37,936 bases of DNA from a virus. Its lineage: Duplodnaviria; Caudoviricetes. The notes beneath the pieces were generated by a model, which worked only from the letters and a program-made list of their open reading frames with translations, was not told the origin of the DNA and made no database searches. Below are positions 34,100 to 37,936 of this stretch, piece after piece. The position numbers and the translations under genes were made by a program. The stretch is from IMG/VR virus record IMGVR_UViG_3300049173_000140, positions 1 through 37,936 of that record. One strand, written 5' to 3'. Position 1 is the stretch's first letter. Each line of letters starts with the position of its first letter.

Positions 34100-34462
34100 T
34101 TAAATTTCGTCATCCATTTCCTTGAGTAGGTCCTCAACGATATCTCCAATCCCTCTAGCGGTTCTTCTCGCATCACGATAAAGATTTTGCATGACTTTGA
34201 ATGATCCGGGCAAAACATCCTTTAGTTCATCATCATTCACCGAGTCAATCCAGTTATTTGTATCTTTCAGATAAATTCCAAAATAGTAGTCAGGATCAGT
34301 AAATGGATCGTCTTCATCCTCTCGATGAACAGAGATCGACACAAAGTACTTTCCCAAGCTTGCCCTAAAAGAATTACTAGCGTCCTCCTGCCAGTGAACA
34401 CCGCCAGCCCTCGATTTTTCAGACAGCCGATTAATTAGCAACGCAATTCGTTCAAGTTCCAT
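34100..34462 (-). CDS. Hypothetical acidic protein (low-GC moron), 120 aa
   Basis: Clean ORF in AT-rich DNA; start overlaps the upstream gene end by 11 nt. Confidence 0.8.
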   Translation of the reverse strand: MELERIALLINRLSEKSRAGGVHWQEDASNSFRASLGKYFVSISVHREDEDDPFTDPDYYFGIYLKDTNNWIDSVNDDELKDVLPGSFKVMQNLYRDARRTARGIGDIVEDLLKEMDDEI

Positions 34463-35054
34463 GCTTCACCTTAGTCAATCTTAGTGCATCCACATTGTCG
34501 GCAAGCTTATTTGTGCGCTGAGCCAGCTTTCTCCTTACGTTGTGTCGCTTTTCCTCATCTTTGATGTGCTCCAATGCCGGCGGTTCTTCGCGAAGAGTAG
34601 TTTCAATTTCGCTCATCAATTCCACGAGAGCTGTATTATTTACTTCTATTGCCTTGACTTCGACGGCAATGGCAACCGCATGGTCCTTGGACATTTCGAG
34701 ATAACCCCAATTGTCTGTACGGTAAACATCCCTAATTGCCCTTAGTCTTCCCGAAAGCTCAGAAAGACGCGTTGCTGTCTCCAGTTGATCGCGATTTTTT
34801 ATTGCGGCCGCCGCGGCTTTTTGGGCTGCTGCCTTCGCCGCCTTAGCTTGTCTGTAAGTCAGCCACGTTAACAAAAGTCCTATAAGACCGGCGATGTCGC
34901 CGATGTGATAGTTAGTAAGCATTGGGCCTACTACTCCAAGCCCATCGATTGGACTTCCAACTTTTACCGCTACCTTAGAGTCTGGGGCAATATTTATTGG
35001 GGGCGCCGCACCTGAGTTGGAATTTGCATTCGCCAAAGTCACCTCGGGATTCAT
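34452..35054 (-). CDS. Hypothetical single-TM helical protein (low-GC moron), about 200 aa; start uncertain
   Basis: TM IGDIAGLIGLLLTWLTY, then AKAAKAAAQKAAAAA and a helical bundle. Alternative starts at 35093 and 34923. Confidence 0.75.
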   Translation of the reverse strand: MNPEVTLANANSNSGAAPPINIAPDSKVAVKVGSPIDGLGVVGPMLTNYHIGDIAGLIGLLLTWLTYRQAKAAKAAAQKAAAAAIKNRDQLETATRLSELSGRLRAIRDVYRTDNWGYLEMSKDHAVAIAVEVKAIEVNNTALVELMSEIETTLREEPPALEHIKDEEKRHNVRRKLAQRTNKLADNVDALRLTKVKHGT

Positions 35055-35243
35055 TGTGGAATTGATATCCGACTGCTGCGAGCTGCCAGACACAAAGTGT
35101 TGCAGCGTTCAATGTAACCCAGTATGAGAACGCATGGCAGCACAGCCCGGGCATGTTCAAACCCTGGCCGCGAACTACGTTACGTGTTCACAAGAGCAGC
35201 CACCTCGGACGCGCACAACAGGTGGCGGGGTACGGAGCCGTGC

Positions 35244-36398
35244 TTAGTCAGCGCTCGTGGACACCGATCGCTGAGCCGCATCCAGCCAGTCGGACCACCA
35301 CTGCATCAGCTCGCAGCGCTGGGAGAGGTATTCCGCGCGGTTGTATGCCGCACGCACCGCGTCGGTTTCCTTGTGCGCAAGTTGACGCTCGATCACGTCA
35401 TGAGGAAAGCCAGAGCGCTCGTTAAGTACCGTCGATGCAAGAGCCCGGAAACCGTGCGCCGTCATGCGGCCACGGTAGCCCAGACGATACAAAGCAAAGA
35501 GAAACGTGTTCTCCGACAGCGGGTGTCCCGGACGGATCGGCGAATCGAGTACGAGCGCCCCGTCACCGCTCATCTTGTGCAGGGTCGCTAGGATCGCCCG
35601 AGCTTGCCGCGACAGTGGCACCACATGCGGAATGCGCATCTTCATGCGCGCTTGGGGCACGACCCACACCTCCCCCTTCTCCTTCAATTCGCTCCACTGC
35701 ATGCCGCGCAGCTCACCAACGCGTACGAACGTGTGCGCCATCAGTTGGAGGCCGAGTCGCGTCACCGAATCCTCGTAGCCATCAATGGCGCGCATCAGCT
35801 CACCTGCCTCTTCCGGTGGAATGCTCGCCATCGGCTTCTTGGTCTTGCGAGCGATGAGCACACGAGTCAACCCGGCTGCACCGTGCTGCTGCAGCAGACC
35901 CGTGTCCTGCGCGAAATCGAAGACGGCCGAGATGCGGCTCGCGACGCGATGCCCGGTTTCAATCTTTCCGCCGGCCTGTGCAGCCCGCACCACCGCAACC
36001 AACTCCGACCGCCGAATGGTATCGATAGGCCGCGAGCCGAGCTGCGGGAATGCGTACCGCTCTAGCGTGTTCTGCACCTGAATTTGATGCTTGCCGTTGG
36101 AGAGGGTCGGCAGCTTCGCCTTGAGCCAGTCGCGAGCCACGGTCTCAAAGGTCGGTGCCGTTGCTGCGGCCGGCGAGCCCTCACGAGCCGCTGCGTGCTC
36201 TTTCCGCGCTTCAGCTAGGCTCACTCCAGGGTACAGACCATAGGTCTTGGTCTTTTGCTTTCCGCCAGCGGTGTAGTTTGCTCGCCAACTCTTTGCGCCG
36301 GTGGGCGAAACGAACAGATAGAGGCCATGCGCATCAGCGAGCTTGTAGGCCTTTTCGCGCGGTTTGGCGGCGTCAACAGCTTTAACAGTAAGGGTCAT
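35244..36398 (-). CDS. int: Tyrosine integrase, P4-like with arm-binding domain, 384 aa
   Basis: KAYKLADAHGLYLFVSPTGAKSWR; catalytic R (FVRVGEL), K (RMKMR), HGFR, LAH, Y (AAYNR). Confidence 0.96.
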   Translation of the reverse strand: MTLTVKAVDAAKPREKAYKLADAHGLYLFVSPTGAKSWRANYTAGGKQKTKTYGLYPGVSLAEARKEHAAAREGSPAAATAPTFETVARDWLKAKLPTLSNGKHQIQVQNTLERYAFPQLGSRPIDTIRRSELVAVVRAAQAGGKIETGHRVASRISAVFDFAQDTGLLQQHGAAGLTRVLIARKTKKPMASIPPEEAGELMRAIDGYEDSVTRLGLQLMAHTFVRVGELRGMQWSELKEKGEVWVVPQARMKMRIPHVVPLSRQARAILATLHKMSGDGALVLDSPIRPGHPLSENTFLFALYRLGYRGRMTAHGFRALASTVLNERSGFPHDVIERQLAHKETDAVRAAYNRAEYLSQRCELMQWWSDWLDAAQRSVSTSAD

Positions 36399-36500
36399 GG
36401 TATCGGCTAGAAAATACCATGGTTGATGCCACGTTTGAAGCTTGGCTAGGGACAGTCTGCGCCAGCCTCCGTTAGACCAGAAAGGATGTCTCTCCCAATG

Positions 36501-36536
36501 AAAAAGTCCCGTCGCATGAACCGCGCGGGACTTCTT
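36501..36536 (-). terminator. Probable terminator downstream of the tRNA
   Basis: AAGTCCCG...CGGGACTT inverted repeat followed by a T run on the minus strand. Confidence 0.6.
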
Positions 36537-36557
36537 AAAACTTGCTCAGATCGATTC

Positions 36558-36645
36558 TGGCGGAGAGTGTGAGATTCGAACTCACGGACGATTTCTCGTC
36601 GGCAGTTTTCAAGACTGCTGGTTTAAACCACTCACCCAACTCTCC
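36558..36645 (-). tRNA. tRNA-Ser (anticodon TGA), 88 nt, integration site
   Basis: GGAGAGTTGGGTGAGTGGTTTAAACCAGCAGTCTTGAAAACTGCCGACGAGAAATCGTCCGTGAGTTCGAATCTCACACTCTCCGCCA: acceptor stem, anticodon arm GCAGT-CTTGAAA-ACTGC, long variable arm, TTCGAAT loop, encoded CCA. Confidence 0.97.
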
Positions 36646-36676
36646 GGAACCGTCGATTTTATGCTGACCTGCGCCC

Positions 36677-37936
36677 TCAACCCTCGGGCAGGAAAAGCGT
36701 CTGCAAGTCGCTCAGAAAATCCAGCCCGCGCTCGGTGGGCCACACGCGGTGCAGGTCACGCGCGATGAGGCCCTTGCGCTCGGCTTCTTCCATCCCTTTT
36801 TGGATGCTGGTCATGGCCAGCCCGGTGCGCTCGCAGAACTGAGGCAGCGTAAAGCCTTCTTTCAAGCGCAGCGCGTTCAGCATGAACTCGAACGGCAGGT
36901 CGGCGAGCGCGACTTCTTCGCTCTGCGACACGGCGGCGCCTGCGCGGGCGTTGTCCATGTACAGGCGCGGTTCGCGAAAGCGCACCTGGCGCACGATGCG
37001 ATGGGCAAAGCTCAGCTTGCTGTGGGCGCCGGCGCCAATGCCGAGGTAGTCGCCAAACTGCCAGTAGTTGAGGTTGTGCGCGCAGGAGTGGCCGGGGCGC
37101 GCGTAGGCTGAAACCTCGTAGCGTGACATGCCGCTGGCGGTGGTGCGCTCGGTGATGCGGTCGAGCATGGCGTAGGCCACGTCGTCTTCGGGCAAGGCCG
37201 GCGGAAATTTGGCGAACCAGGTGTTGGGTTCGATGGTGAGGTGGTACACCGAGATGTGCGGCGGCGCGAGCGCCAGCGCCTGGGTCAGGTCGGCATCCAG
37301 GCCCTCGATCGTCTGGCCCGGCAGGGCGTACATCAGGTCGAGGTTGAAGGTGTCGAATGCGCTCGCGGCCTCTTCGACGGCGGCAATTGCCTGTGCGCGA
37401 TCGTGCACGCGGCCCAACGCCTTCAGGTGCTCATCGTTGAAGCTCTGCACACCGACCGACAGGCGCGTGACGCCCGCACTGCGGTAGGCACGAAAGCGGT
37501 TGCGCTCGAAGGTCCCGGGGTTGGCTTCCAGGGAGATCTCGCAGTCGGGCGTGAGCTTGAGGCGGGCGCGCACGTCGCCCAGAAGGCTGTCGATGGCCTG
37601 GGGCGAAAAGAGGCTGGGCGTTCCGCCGCCAATGAAGATGGTGTGGACGGTGCGGCCCCAGATGAGCGGCAGCGCGGCGTCCAGGTCTGCAATGAGCGCA
37701 TCAAGGTAGGCGGCCTCGGGAATGCCTTCGGCCTCGGCCTCGCTGGTGGCGCGCCACTCGTGCGAATTGAAGTCGCAATACGGGCACTTGCGCAGGCACC
37801 AGGGCAGGTGGATGTAGAGCGACAAGGGCGGCAGTGCAGCAAGTTGCAGCGGGCCAGGCCGCATCCAGTGCAGCACGTCGTTGGCCTGCGGCGCGCCCGC
37901 GGCTTGTGCCGGCTGAATGGGAAACACAGTGGCCAT
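36677..37936 (-). CDS. hemW: Radical SAM heme chaperone HemW (host gene), 419 aa
   Basis: LSLYIHLPWCLRKCPYCDFNSH (CxxxCxxC), IFIGGGTPS, YEVSAY, HNLNYW, GIGAGAH. Confidence 0.95.
   Translation of the reverse strand: MATVFPIQPAQAAGAPQANDVLHWMRPGPLQLAALPPLSLYIHLPWCLRKCPYCDFNSHEWRATSEAEAEGIPEAAYLDALIADLDAALPLIWGRTVHTIFIGGGTPSLFSPQAIDSLLGDVRARLKLTPDCEISLEANPGTFERNRFRAYRSAGVTRLSVGVQSFNDEHLKALGRVHDRAQAIAAVEEAASAFDTFNLDLMYALPGQTIEGLDADLTQALALAPPHISVYHLTIEPNTWFAKFPPALPEDDVAYAMLDRITERTTASGMSRYEVSAYARPGHSCAHNLNYWQFGDYLGIGAGAHSKLSFAHRIVRQVRFREPRLYMDNARAGAAVSQSEEVALADLPFEFMLNALRLKEGFTLPQFCERTGLAMTSIQKGMEEAERKGLIARDLHRVWPTERGLDFLSDLQTLFLPEG

Larger units (their letters stand above)
1..36557. mobile_element. 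Lambda-like siphoviral prophage integrated at tRNA-Ser; distal boundary outside the window
   Basis: Ordered int, immunity, replication, terminase, head, tail and lysis modules. The integrase starts about 160 bp downstream of the tRNA 3' end. No second copy of the tRNA 3' end was seen in the window. Confidence 0.95.

Overview
Nearly the whole window (about 1-36557) is an apparently intact, compact, lambda-like (GpA terminase, cos-type) long-tailed prophage of a high-GC betaproteobacterium (Comamonadaceae-like by inference). It is integrated at the 3' end of tRNA-Ser(TGA) (36558-36645, minus strand), next to host hemW. Reading from the right: P4-type integrase; a low-GC two-gene moron; AlpA-like excisionase; an early operon of small genes and an HD hydrolase; a cI/cro switch with six visible operators; CII-family regulator; replication initiator with iterons and a DnaA box; a lambda-like cosQ/cosN; TerS, TerL and a Mor-family activator; a three-gene lower-GC cargo island; head genes; tail genes with no tail-assembly chaperone at the usual position; and a GH19/Rz/Rz1 lysis cassette. 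The other att site is not in the window. The strongest candidate for an undescribed system is the island at 20621-23157. It holds an AbiJ-N-like/PD-(D/E)xK nuclease with a 94-aa unknown partner, and a convergent Schlafen(AlbA_2) protein that appears fused to Ig-like, coiled-coil and helix-hairpin-helix parts. The low-GC membrane-protein pair at 34100-35054 is a second candidate. All domain calls come from reading motifs by eye; no searches were run.
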